Of a stretch of DNA of 28,563 nucleotides, positions 1 through 8,634 are shown piece by piece; positions within the stretch are counted from its first letter, which is position 1; each line of letters opens with the position of its first letter. Location of the stretch: the IMG/VR virus record IMGVR_UViG_3300020151_001367, positions 1 to 28,563 of that record, one strand, 5' to 3'. The notes under the pieces are model-generated. The model had not been told where the DNA came from. It did no database searches and saw only the letters and a program-made list of their open reading frames with translations. Made by a program: the position numbers and the translations under genes. The stretch comes from a virus (Duplodnaviria; Caudoviricetes).

Positions 1-1434
1 ACACAAATTATCAGACTGCTCAGCAACTTCAGTGTAAAGTACGGTGACGGAACACTGGTTAGAGTGCCAGTATTGTACGGTGACACTGATCGACAAATTG
101 CCAGCCTTTTAGGTGACAACAGTGAGAACAAACTGGCGGCTGCACCGCGTATGGCAGTGTATCTCAATGACTTACAATTAGATCGTTCAAGATTATCTGA
201 TGCAACTTATGTGGGAAAATTACACATTAGAGAACGTGAATATGATTCAGGTACAGGAGAATATACCAGCAGTCAAGGTCACCAGTATACTGTGGAAAGG
301 TTGATGCCAACTCCTTACAAGGCCAGTTTCAAAGTGGATATTTGGAGCAGCAGCACTGATCAAAAATTGCAAATTTTAGAACAGATACTGGTGTTGTTCA
401 ATCCCAGTTTGGATATTCAAACTACTGACAACTATATTGACTGGACCAGTTTAAGCACTGTGGATCTCACACAGTTGACATTCAGCAATAGAAGTATCCC
501 AGTAGGTACTGCATCGAATATTGACATTGCCACTTTGACCTTAGAAGCACCTATATACATCAGTCCTCCAGTCAAGGTCAAACAGTTAGGCATAGTGACC
601 AACATCATTGCCAGCATTACTCAGGGTGTAGAAAATTCATCATTGCAAGATCCTCAATTAGATTTCGGCAACGATTTGTATCCGAGCGGCAGCAATCAAT
701 TTGCTAACACAGGAAATGTTTCGTCTGGTGGTAATATCATTAATGTTAAGCGTACCAGTCTAGGAGGGTTCGGCATACTAATAGTCAACGGACAGGCTCA
801 AATTTTGGACAAGTATGAACATGTCACAGCCACTAACGACAACGTTGAAATTCCTATTAAGATGGGTCCAGAGATCAATTGGAGAAAGATTCTAGACAAT
901 TATCCAGGCAAATACAAAGCAGGATACAGTAAAATTTATCTCAAACAAAACAACTTTACAGAAGTTGTAGGCACCTTCAGCATCAATCCGTTAGATGAAA
1001 ATTATATCACTGTGAATTATGACGTAGATTCTTTTCCGACTAATACTGTATTAAGTGCAGTTAACAGACCTGGCAGTCCTGGAACATTTGATGCTATCAT
1101 TGATCCTACCAGAGTAGGTCCAGGCCTTGGATTATCTAATCCAATTACTGGTACTCGATATCTCATTATCGAAGACATAGGCAATGATGCCAATGTTGAT
1201 GGGGCCGATGCGTGGAAAGGCACTGACAGTAGTGATTTAATTGCTGAAGAAAATGACATTATAGAATACAACGGAATTAAATGGATAGTGATATTTGATG
1301 CTAGCCAGAGTCAAGACCAATTGATCTATCAAACAAATATATACACTGGAGTACAGTACAAATGGAATGGTCTATCATGGGTCAAATCCTTTGAAGGGGA
1401 ATATAGGGCCGGTACATGGAGATTAGAAATCTAA
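1..1434 (+). CDS. Tail sheath stabilizer/tail completion protein (T4 gp15-like) with C-terminal extension; 5'-truncated
   Basis: Frame 1 is open from base 1 (TQIIRLLSNFSVKYGDGTLVRVPVLYGD...), so the true start lies upstream of the window. The motifs VPVLYG, PRMA-Y...DR-R, P-PY...F-VDIW...DQKLQILEQILVLFNP and TLTLEAPIYISPP resemble gp15-like proteins of large myoviruses. Confidence 0.75.
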   Translation, partial: TQIIRLLSNFSVKYGDGTLVRVPVLYGDTDRQIASLLGDNSENKLAAAPRMAVYLNDLQLDRSRLSDATYVGKLHIREREYDSGTGEYTSSQGHQYTVERLMPTPYKASFKVDIWSSSTDQKLQILEQILVLFNPSLDIQTTDNYIDWTSLSTVDLTQLTFSNRSIPVGTASNIDIATLTLEAPIYISPPVKVKQLGIVTNIIASITQGVENSSLQDPQLDFGNDLYPSGSNQFANTGNVSSGGNIINVKRTSLGGFGILIVNGQAQILDKYEHVTATNDNVEIPIKMGPEINWRKILDNYPGKYKAGYSKIYLKQNNFTEVVGTFSINPLDENYITVNYDVDSFPTNTVLSAVNRPGSPGTFDAIIDPTRVGPGLGLSNPITGTRYLIIEDIGNDANVDGADAWKGTDSSDLIAEENDIIEYNGIKWIVIFDASQSQDQLIYQTNIYTGVQYKWNGLSWVKSFEGEYRAGTWRLEI

Positions 1435-1865
1435 AAGAACGTATAGAGTGTAGTGGTGCAATAATTTGTGCCAGAGATTCTTCTAGAATTTTATTATTAC
1501 AAAAAACAGAAGGCAAACATGCCGGACGATGGGTGTTGCCGGGCGGCACTATTGTACAAGGTGAAACAGCATTTCAGGGGTTGCAAAGAGAACTTCAAGA
1601 AGAAATTGGCTGTTTACCCGAATTTATCAAAATAATCCCCTTGGAAAAATTTGTCAGCAACGATCAAGTGTTCATGTTCAACACTTATTTTTGCATTATA
1701 GACAGTGAATTTTTTGTAAAATTAAGTGATGAACATTCAGGATGGGGATGGTTCAATATCAATCATCTGCCGAAACCCACACATCAGGGATTAGAACAAA
1801 GTATTAGAAATAAAAATACTCAGTTGAAAATTCAAACAATAATTGAAGTGATGAGAGAAATTTAA
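1416..1865 (+). CDS. Nudix hydrolase
   Basis: Nudix box GGTIVQGETAFQGLQRELQEEIG (G-x5-E-x7-RE-L-x-EE-x-G), preceded by W-LPGG and followed by SDEH..W.W. Overlaps the upstream gene by 19 bp. Confidence 0.9.
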   Translation: MEIRNLKERIECSGAIICARDSSRILLLQKTEGKHAGRWVLPGGTIVQGETAFQGLQRELQEEIGCLPEFIKIIPLEKFVSNDQVFMFNTYFCIIDSEFFVKLSDEHSGWGWFNINHLPKPTHQGLEQSIRNKNTQLKIQTIIEVMREI

Positions 1866-2872
1866 CCTCGACCCAACATCATCATGGCCATTGTATAGTT
1901 TTGAGTCTGTCTAAAGGTTGTTAAATGTTCATTGGATGTGGCATCATTGGCACTGACCGTGCCAGTCACAGTGACTGCTGCATTGAATGTGGCTACACCA
2001 GCATTGTTAAATGTTTGTCTTATGTTGCCGTCACCGTCAGACAGAAGAATATTGTTGTCAGTACCTGTGATAGTACTGCCCGTAGCTGATCCCAATATCA
2101 CATTGGCACTGCCAGTTACTAATGCACTGCCAGAATTATAACCTAGACCTATGTTTTTAGCACCAAGAGTTGCAACAAGTGAATTGGCTCCTACCGCAGT
2201 GTTTTGATCGCCACTGACGTTGGCAGTGAGTGATGCATATCCTAATGATGTATTACTGCTGGCAGTGGTCAATGAATCTGATGCGGTTGATCCCACAGCA
2301 GTGTTGTAATCACCAGTGCTGACAAGATTCAAACTGTTGAATCCTACACCTGTGTTGTCTGTACCGTCTACTACAGCATTTAACGCAGTGACTCCCAGCA
2401 CAGTATTAGTGGCGATACCTGCGGTGCCCTTGCCAATTCTTACTGAATTTACATATGAGTCAAATCCCACCCTTAGCGTTTTTGCAATTCCAACGCCACC
2501 TTGTGCTACTAATGAAGCCACCGTAGTTGAAGATGCGTCTGTGGGATCAACTGTGGTAAGAATTCCAGTTATTTCAACTGCTTCTTGTAACTTTATAGTT
2601 CCAGTTCCGTCCACACTCAGTAACAAATCTTGATTGGTTATTGAAGTCTTAATATTATTGCCTTCTATAGCAATCGAACTCAATTGCAGATTGTTGCCTA
2701 TAAAACTTTGAGTAGTAGTTAAATTTCCAGTAGAAGACAATGTTTGACTAAGTGTTACATTACCCGAAACAGTTAGCGACTCGTCAGATTCGATATTTCC
2801 GGTGCTGGATACTCGGAATCCCGGACTTTGAAATCCAAATTTTGATTTGTATGATTTATATTCTACTGGCAT
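1862..2872 (-). CDS. Putative tail fibre/adhesin with YadA-head-like beta-roll repeats
   Basis: About 17-aa repeats of the N-T-x-x-G-x-x-(A/S)-L type (NTVLGVTAL, NTGVGFNSL, NTAVGSTAS, NTSLGYASL, NTAVGANSL), a fibre-type motif DASSTTVASLVAQGGVGIAK and a Thr/Ser/Gly-rich composition. ATG at 2872 is preferred over TTG at 2884. Confidence 0.65.
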   Translation of the reverse strand: MPVEYKSYKSKFGFQSPGFRVSSTGNIESDESLTVSGNVTLSQTLSSTGNLTTTQSFIGNNLQLSSIAIEGNNIKTSITNQDLLLSVDGTGTIKLQEAVEITGILTTVDPTDASSTTVASLVAQGGVGIAKTLRVGFDSYVNSVRIGKGTAGIATNTVLGVTALNAVVDGTDNTGVGFNSLNLVSTGDYNTAVGSTASDSLTTASSNTSLGYASLTANVSGDQNTAVGANSLVATLGAKNIGLGYNSGSALVTGSANVILGSATGSTITGTDNNILLSDGDGNIRQTFNNAGVATFNAAVTVTGTVSANDATSNEHLTTFRQTQNYTMAMMMLGRG

Positions 2873-2885
2873 AATGTTTTCCAAT

Positions 2886-3335
2886 TTATCCGTCGTTACT
2901 GTTCGAACTGTCTATGTATGAGATAGGAGTCGAAACTGATAGTGGGGTAATAGTCTCTGCATAATTTGCAAAGAAAATTACCTTTGTTCCTAAAAATGCA
3001 GTGTCGGTAACATTGACAATCAAACTTAGATAACTGTTGTTGACTTCTGCAGTGATGTTAATCAGTGCGTCATCAATACTGGTGCGACCATACACTGTAA
3101 GACTTGCTTGATCGGGTCGAGCAATTACTAATACTTGTAACACTTCTTTTTTGTTGCTGTCAAACTCTGCAGTAATAGTGTAATTTGCGCTGGAATAATC
3201 TCCTACATACCATCTGTCAATTTCGGTATTGGGATAAATCTGCACCCAAGAGCCTTTATAAGCAAGTTGTGTATTGTTTTTTAAACTCAACTTGTTTTGT
3301 GGACTCTGTTTAAAAAAATTTGTAAATTTTAACAT
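2886..3335 (-). CDS. Hypothetical beta-rich virion/structural protein (149 aa)
   Basis: Intact ORF with an alternating beta-strand pattern. It follows an ATAAATA late-promoter-like motif and is co-oriented with the fibre gene. Confidence 0.55.
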   Translation of the reverse strand: MLKFTNFFKQSPQNKLSLKNNTQLAYKGSWVQIYPNTEIDRWYVGDYSSANYTITAEFDSNKKEVLQVLVIARPDQASLTVYGRTSIDDALINITAEVNNSYLSLIVNVTDTAFLGTKVIFFANYAETITPLSVSTPISYIDSSNSNDG

Positions 3336-3351
3336 GTTTGGCTCTTTAGTA

Positions 3352-3358
3352 TATTTAT
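3352..3358 (-). promoter_or_regulatory. T4-late-type promoter-like motif ATAAATA
   Basis: TATTTAT on the + strand, 16 nt upstream of the ATG at 3335. The same motif recurs before other operons. Confidence 0.55.
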
Positions 3359-3391
3359 TCGGACAAAAAAATTCTCACTGTTGTGTAAAGT

Positions 3392-3402
3392 GCATATATA
3401 AT
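3392..3402 (+). promoter_or_regulatory. Shared promoter motif GCATATATAAT (contains a TATAAT -10 element)
   Basis: Identical 11-mer at 7396-7406. This copy is followed by an AAGGA ribosome-binding site and the ATG at 3417. Confidence 0.45.
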
Positions 3403-3416
3403 TAAAAGGAAATCAC

Positions 3417-3995
3417 ATGGGTCGCTATACTGATTATTTTAAAGACATTTGGCAAATGCAGGCCAACAGAAAAGTCATAGGGATGACACTGTTTGGAGTA
3501 TTACTAGACAACACAACACCATTCACGCCGGGTCAACAATTGGTTATATCTGACGGAGTAATAGATGCTGTAAAAATATTGATCTCTAAAGGTTATGATT
3601 TTTTGTTTATCACAGGCCAGCCACAAAATAGAACGCAGGCACTGTCTATGCAAGATTTTGAAAATATTCTGGCCAGTGCTAGAGAAATAATTGAGCAACA
3701 CGGTGGCAGAGTGAAAAATGCCTATTATGCGCCAGGCATAGATAAAAACGATCCCTATGTAAAACCCAATACTGGCATGTTTGATCGTGCGCAAAATGAA
3801 GGCATGGTCAAATGGGCAGAATCATATTTTATAGGATCTGAAGCCAATGATGTTAAGGCTGCAATCAAAGTTAAATCTGTCCCAGTGTTGATTAAATCTG
3901 CTGGGAAAGATGTAAAAACCAAAGCATCTCAATTAATGAATCAAATCAAAGTGCAGGAATTTGACAGTCTACTAGACTTTGCCAACAGCATTTGA
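3417..3995 (+). CDS. GmhB/HisB-N-like HAD-IIIA fold protein with a degenerate active site
   Basis: Matches to GV-DAVK-L...GY..LFIT.Q, YYAP...KPNTGMF and SYFIG...DVKAA fit the heptose-bisphosphate phosphatase family. However, motif I reads GMTLFGVL instead of FLDRDG(V/T)L. AAGGA RBS upstream. Confidence 0.7.
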   Translation: MGRYTDYFKDIWQMQANRKVIGMTLFGVLLDNTTPFTPGQQLVISDGVIDAVKILISKGYDFLFITGQPQNRTQALSMQDFENILASAREIIEQHGGRVKNAYYAPGIDKNDPYVKPNTGMFDRAQNEGMVKWAESYFIGSEANDVKAAIKVKSVPVLIKSAGKDVKTKASQLMNQIKVQEFDSLLDFANSI

Positions 3996-4003
3996 CAATT
4001 TAA

Positions 4004-4612
4004 TTATTTTAAATTCTTAATACCGTGAAACTCGTGTGCGCCGCTGGGCCAAGTCCAGCCGGTGACAGAGTATTTTACTCCAGATTTGATATTGGGAACC
4101 ACGTGATAGTGAGTAACAGTACTGGGCCAGAAAGTAACATGCCCTATTGGAGTATTTTTACCGTTAAATTCTTGTCTCGGAAAAGTCAAGTCAGCACCTT
4201 CATAGTCATTGTTTAATTTAATATTAAGGCTAACTTCACTTAGATCGTGATGCGGAGCAAGATTAGGTTTACCTTGCTGACTGTATTTTAAAATAAACGG
4301 ACTCTGCCATCCGCAAATCCTAGTAAGGGGCCATTCTTTGTGAATGATAGGCAACAAGTCTCTTGTATAATGTGCTACATAGTCCTCAAACAAAAATTGA
4401 CTTATCTGGCTAAAATACAATCCATCGTAGCCTAACGGGCTACCGTCCACATTTTGTTGTCGATGATTTTTAAATTTACTATCGTAAAATTTTGCAATGT
4501 CGACCAGTTCGTTACAAAACTCTTCAGTCCAGAATGGAGCAATGATAATATCTTTATCATTGCTCCATACTTTGCCACTATCAGGGTGTACACCTTTCCA
4601 GTAATCTAACAT
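4004..4612 (-). CDS. 2OG-Fe(II) dioxygenase, lysyl-hydroxylase (PLOD C-terminal)-like
   Basis: Motifs PFWTEEFCNELV, FILKY...LAPHHD.S.VSLNIKLN.DYEG, then WPS.VTHYH...I.SG.KYS give an HxD...H iron triad with a PLOD-like context. Confidence 0.8.
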   Translation of the reverse strand: MLDYWKGVHPDSGKVWSNDKDIIIAPFWTEEFCNELVDIAKFYDSKFKNHRQQNVDGSPLGYDGLYFSQISQFLFEDYVAHYTRDLLPIIHKEWPLTRICGWQSPFILKYSQQGKPNLAPHHDLSEVSLNIKLNNDYEGADLTFPRQEFNGKNTPIGHVTFWPSTVTHYHVVPNIKSGVKYSVTGWTWPSGAHEFHGIKNLK

Positions 4613-4623
4613 ATTACTGTTGC

Positions 4624-6336
4624 TTACATTTCTGTGAAATCAGTTTTTGTCAACAATTTACCAATTTCAGGTAACCACAAATATTGCAACTGAGATTTCA
4701 GCAAAGTATCTAATGCTTCCTTAACAGTTTCGACTAGAGGATCACCGGCCAAGTTAAAACTGGTGTTGAACAATATGGGCACATTCTTAATTTTATTGAA
4801 CTCACTGATCAATTCATAATAGTGTGGATTTTGCTCACTGGTCACTGTTTGAATTCTGCAGGTTCCGTCAACGTGTGTAATAGCAGGAATAATATCACGT
4901 TTATCTTCCAACACATTGACAGCATACATCATGAACGGTGAGTCTGTTCTCGAACGGAAGTCAAACCATTCGTTGGCATGTTCTGCCATTACAGATCCAG
5001 CAAATGGCCTAAACCATTCTCTGCGTTTGACTTCGTTGACAATGTCTTTACCGTTGATCACTGTGGGGTCAAACAAGATACTGCGATTACCTAGCGCACG
5101 GGGACCTGCTTCACTGCGTCCTTGATATAAGCAAATAATGTTACCTTGGGCAATAAGTTCTGCTACATCGGCAGCCGTGGTATCTTGCACATTGAACTCA
5201 CTGAAATCAGCAGTGGCATATTCTGCAGAATGATCAAATCCCAAGTACAAACTGGTCAATGGTGTTTTTACAGCGTCTTTGGTAATTGTTCTATATACAT
5301 GCTGACATACACCCATGACATTACCCCCGTCATGACTTACCGGTTCATGATAAAATTCTACATCTGGAAATTCTTTTAGAAATTCATAGTTGGCTACACA
5401 GTTTAAAACAAAGCCGCCGGCCATGACAATTTTCTTCTTGCCAGTTAATTCTATTGTTTTTCTAATTAGTCCAATTACACGTTCTTCTGCGGATTTTTGT
5501 ACAGCATAGGCTAGATCTTTTCTAAAATCATCAATTAGATCAGCATCTGCATGCCATGCAACATCACCTTCATGCTCTTTTAATTCTGGGTTTAAATCAC
5601 AACGAATAACATTACCTGCTGGAAACTTAGGTTTAATTAAACTACGGTTGTTAAATCTACCATCATGGATTTTGATACTGTCATTGGGTTTTCCGTAAGG
5701 TGCTAGACCCATTGTTTTACCGGCTTCGATAGCATGAAAACCAAGATACTGTGTCACTGCTTCATAACTCTTGGTAATACCATGACCATCAGAAACTTCT
5801 ATTTGACACTCATTATCAGTAAGTTCAAAACTATCAATAAGGTTTGTGCCATAATTTACTAAATGTCTTTTTATTTCTGCAGGATATCCAAGAGTCCAGA
5901 TAGATTCAACTTCCCATGTGTCATTCCAAATTTCTTTAAAGTCTGGAACGTCGATACCGCTGCCGGCGCCGTCAATTACCAATGCTGCTGCATCATCAAA
6001 TCCACTGTTATAAAAAGCAGTCACAGCATGAGTCATGTGATGAGCATCACCTAGTTTGATTGTTTCAACCCTATGTCCTGGTTGTTTTTTTCTTACTAAG
6101 CAAGTATACGGATCTTCTCCAGTCCAAAATACTTTACCAAATGCGTTACGAGTCCCGCACAGAATAAGAAAATCAATATGATCTGTGTATTCAAATGCTT
6201 TTTCAATACCTAAAAACGGATTACCGTCATACTTCATACGACTTAATCGATCTTCTTCTATATAAAAAATTAATTCGCTATCTTTATACAATGCCGCGGC
6301 ACCGTTGTGTCCTACATTAATTCCTAATAACCACAT
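4624..6336 (-). CDS. Carbamoyltransferase, NodU/CmcH/TobZ family
   Basis: N-terminal Kae1-like domain motifs (LGIN.GHN, EEDRLSR.K, HH.THA, IDGAG, GKTMGLAPYG, AGG.VLNC.AN, HDGG) and C-terminal YrdC-like domain motifs (GR.E.GPRALGNRSIL, VK.REWFRPFA, HVDGTCRIQTV, NTSFN..G.P.VET). Confidence 0.95.
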   Translation of the reverse strand: MWLLGINVGHNGAAALYKDSELIFYIEEDRLSRMKYDGNPFLGIEKAFEYTDHIDFLILCGTRNAFGKVFWTGEDPYTCLVRKKQPGHRVETIKLGDAHHMTHAVTAFYNSGFDDAAALVIDGAGSGIDVPDFKEIWNDTWEVESIWTLGYPAEIKRHLVNYGTNLIDSFELTDNECQIEVSDGHGITKSYEAVTQYLGFHAIEAGKTMGLAPYGKPNDSIKIHDGRFNNRSLIKPKFPAGNVIRCDLNPELKEHEGDVAWHADADLIDDFRKDLAYAVQKSAEERVIGLIRKTIELTGKKKIVMAGGFVLNCVANYEFLKEFPDVEFYHEPVSHDGGNVMGVCQHVYRTITKDAVKTPLTSLYLGFDHSAEYATADFSEFNVQDTTAADVAELIAQGNIICLYQGRSEAGPRALGNRSILFDPTVINGKDIVNEVKRREWFRPFAGSVMAEHANEWFDFRSRTDSPFMMYAVNVLEDKRDIIPAITHVDGTCRIQTVTSEQNPHYYELISEFNKIKNVPILFNTSFNLAGDPLVETVKEALDTLLKSQLQYLWLPEIGKLLTKTDFTEM

Positions 6337-6347
6337 GTGGTAGTTCC

Positions 6348-7274
6348 TTATTTTGTTGTTTTGGCAATATGTGCTTTAATACCGGCGATGATACTTTTTA
6401 ATTCGTCTTTGCTGAAATCCATTATGGTGTCATTTAGTCTATCTGCTTCTTCACTGGCAAATCCTGCAATTCTAATTGGACTATAGTGCCTTACTACATT
6501 TTTCTTTTCTACAATATTAAAATGTTCAGGATATGTAATATTCACTGGAAATGTACTGCCGCATACTATGGTGCCGGGTTTGTCAAATGCGTAGGCTAGG
6601 TGTTGACCCACACTGTCACATCCTATGAAATAATCAGCGGACTCTATAATTGCGGCCCAAATTCTCAATGGCATATTATTGTCCGGTTGAAAAATAGGAA
6701 GGTTTACAACATTTAATTTGTGTTCACCCATATACATGATGTTGTAGTCTTTGGATAATTCTGCAACTAATTCCATAAAGGTGGATTGTTCTATACTACG
6801 ACTGCTGCCGTCAAACACTACTCCGCCGCCGCCTAGACTGCTGCTGCGTCCAAATGGTTGGATTACAATAGTTTTTTCTTTTTGGTGTTGCTGTTTGACC
6901 TGCCCTATTATTTCCATAGCAGACATTTCTTCAGACTTGTTTAGTACCACTGTGGGTCTGATATTTTTGTTGGTACGCTCTCCAAGAATTTCCCACCAAA
7001 AACTCTGTTGCAAACTACTGCGTTGATTATAGTATTCGTGATCTCTATATGGCTCGGGACTAACGCACAAGTTATCTTTGATAAGATTTTCAAAAATACC
7101 CTTGTGGTTTACATCAAATGCATAATTTTGCAAGACAGGATGTCCTAGATAGAACTCCATGCCGCCTTCACACACAATTCCTGCCAGTTCTCCTCTACGG
7201 TGGCTTTCTTCTAATGCTGGAATACTGGCCAGTACTCGCCCAGCGCCGCCGTTGATAAAAAATATTTTTTTCAT
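6348..7274 (-). CDS. GT-B glycosyltransferase, family 9 (heptosyltransferase)-like
   Basis: N-terminal GG.GRV...IPAL, IVIQPFG and the GT9-type signature AAII..ADYFIGCDSVGQHLAYAFDKP. AAGGA RBS upstream. Confidence 0.75.
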   Translation of the reverse strand: MKKIFFINGGAGRVLASIPALEESHRRGELAGIVCEGGMEFYLGHPVLQNYAFDVNHKGIFENLIKDNLCVSPEPYRDHEYYNQRSSLQQSFWWEILGERTNKNIRPTVVLNKSEEMSAMEIIGQVKQQHQKEKTIVIQPFGRSSSLGGGGVVFDGSSRSIEQSTFMELVAELSKDYNIMYMGEHKLNVVNLPIFQPDNNMPLRIWAAIIESADYFIGCDSVGQHLAYAFDKPGTIVCGSTFPVNITYPEHFNIVEKKNVVRHYSPIRIAGFASEEADRLNDTIMDFSKDELKSIIAGIKAHIAKTTK

Positions 7275-7292
7275 GTTATCCTTGATAATGTA

Positions 7293-7315
7293 CGCACATA
7301 ATGTATTTATGTGCG
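7293..7315. promoter_or_regulatory. Perfect 9-bp inverted repeat CGCACATAA-tgtat-TTATGTGCG overlapping an ATAAATA late-promoter-like motif (7304-7310, minus strand)
   Basis: Read directly from the sequence. It lies in the divergent intergenic region between the GT9/carbamoyltransferase operon and the oxygenase operon. Confidence 0.55.
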
Positions 7316-7395
7316 AGTTTGTTCATTATAAAATATTTCCACACTCGTGGTCAAGTATCAGATTGCCAGTTTATGCTCTTCTGTAAATACTGATA

Positions 7396-7406
7396 GCATA
7401 TATAAT
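7396..7406 (+). promoter_or_regulatory. Shared promoter motif GCATATATAAT; a TAAATA lies just upstream (7384-7389)
   Basis: Identical to 3392-3402 and located upstream of the + strand oxygenase operon. Confidence 0.45.
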
Positions 7407-7432
7407 CAATACTACTTCTTACCGATTAAATT

Positions 7433-8050
7433 ATGAAAAAAATTATAAATGCGTTCTCCGTGCCTATCTTAGAAGCCATATTACCGGATGCCGAGTTGAT
7501 AAATGAATCACTAAATTCCAAAATACAACAATTATTCAACAACATCAGTGATAAGCGATTACTCGGCCACTATTGGCACAGCAATATTTTAACAGATGTG
7601 GCGGCAGACACTGGATATAGTTCATTTAATCACGGGAGCCTTACTGATGATGAGAATTTTAATGATTTTTTTGCAACTATTTCTCCCGTAATTACAGAAT
7701 TTTTCAATCAATTAAACTTTAATCAAACTTGGGATTTTACCAACGCATGGGCAAATGTTTATCCGCATGGTTCATTTGTACCTCATCATAATCACGGTAC
7801 CGCACACTGGAGCGGTAGTTATTATATAAATGCTGCTGAAAATTGTGGTGATCTAATTCTATCTGATCCTAAGGAATATGCTTTGAATAACGAGCCACCG
7901 TCTACCAAGTGGCGTGGTAATATTTCATGCCCGATCAGTGTGCTCCCAGGGAAGTTAGTAATTTTTCCTGGTTATTTAAAACACGAAACTAAACCTAATC
8001 TATCTTCTGAAGATAGAACCATTATTAGTTTTAATATCATATGTCAGTAA
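7433..8050 (+). CDS. Putative 2OG-Fe(II) oxygenase (TIGR02466-like)
   Basis: Motifs F..PI, AWANVY..G....HNH...WSGSYYI, L.DP, GKLVIFPGYLKHE..PN.S..DRTIISFN. Confidence 0.85.
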   Translation: MKKIINAFSVPILEAILPDAELINESLNSKIQQLFNNISDKRLLGHYWHSNILTDVAADTGYSSFNHGSLTDDENFNDFFATISPVITEFFNQLNFNQTWDFTNAWANVYPHGSFVPHHNHGTAHWSGSYYINAAENCGDLILSDPKEYALNNEPPSTKWRGNISCPISVLPGKLVIFPGYLKHETKPNLSSEDRTIISFNIICQ

Positions 8051-8634
8051 ACAACATATTTTTCAACCCATTTTTTCCACAAGTATTGGAAACACAATTG
8101 TTGTTATCTCCATCTGTAAAATCACGCATGATTGATACAGTATTATCGCAAAAAGATACCGCAAATTATCACGGTGGCTATACGTTTCATGTACAAGATT
8201 CATTTGGAGATTTTAAAACTCTTTACAGTTTCTTTTTTAATACAGTTATAAACATATTTGGCAATGTAACATTATCACCTCTACATAAAACATGGTGTTG
8301 GGCCAACGTGTACAATAGAGATAATTTTAAAACTAATGCACACAATCATATCAAAACTAGTTCCATTAACGCTATATATTATTTAAAAATGCCCAATGAT
8401 ATCAACAGCAACGAAGGAGGATTAAAGTTGCATCCTCCTAACTCGGAAGTTATACAATTTCAACCTGACGAAGGCGACTTACTTATCATGTCAAATAACA
8501 CTGTCCACGAACCGTTGTTTCACAGCAGTATTGATTATAGAATTGCCATTAATATGGAAATATGTATTGAACCCAGTATTTCTAAATACTTTACAGAAGA
8601 AAAAATATATGCAAATGCAAAACCAAAATTATGA
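8041..8634 (+). CDS. Putative 2OG-Fe(II) oxygenase (TIGR02466-like)
   Basis: Motifs CWANVY, HNH...INAIYYLKMP, P.EGDLLIM....HEP and YRIAIN.E. Overlaps the upstream gene. Confidence 0.8.
   Translation: MSVNNIFFNPFFPQVLETQLLLSPSVKSRMIDTVLSQKDTANYHGGYTFHVQDSFGDFKTLYSFFFNTVINIFGNVTLSPLHKTWCWANVYNRDNFKTNAHNHIKTSSINAIYYLKMPNDINSNEGGLKLHPPNSEVIQFQPDEGDLLIMSNNTVHEPLFHSSIDYRIAINMEICIEPSISKYFTEEKIYANAKPKL

Noticed and set aside
3417-7274. Interpretation as a bacterial LPS/O-antigen locus
   Set aside because: It is flanked by phage tail genes and T4-late-like motifs, with no wzx/wzy, nucleotide-sugar synthesis or housekeeping genes.
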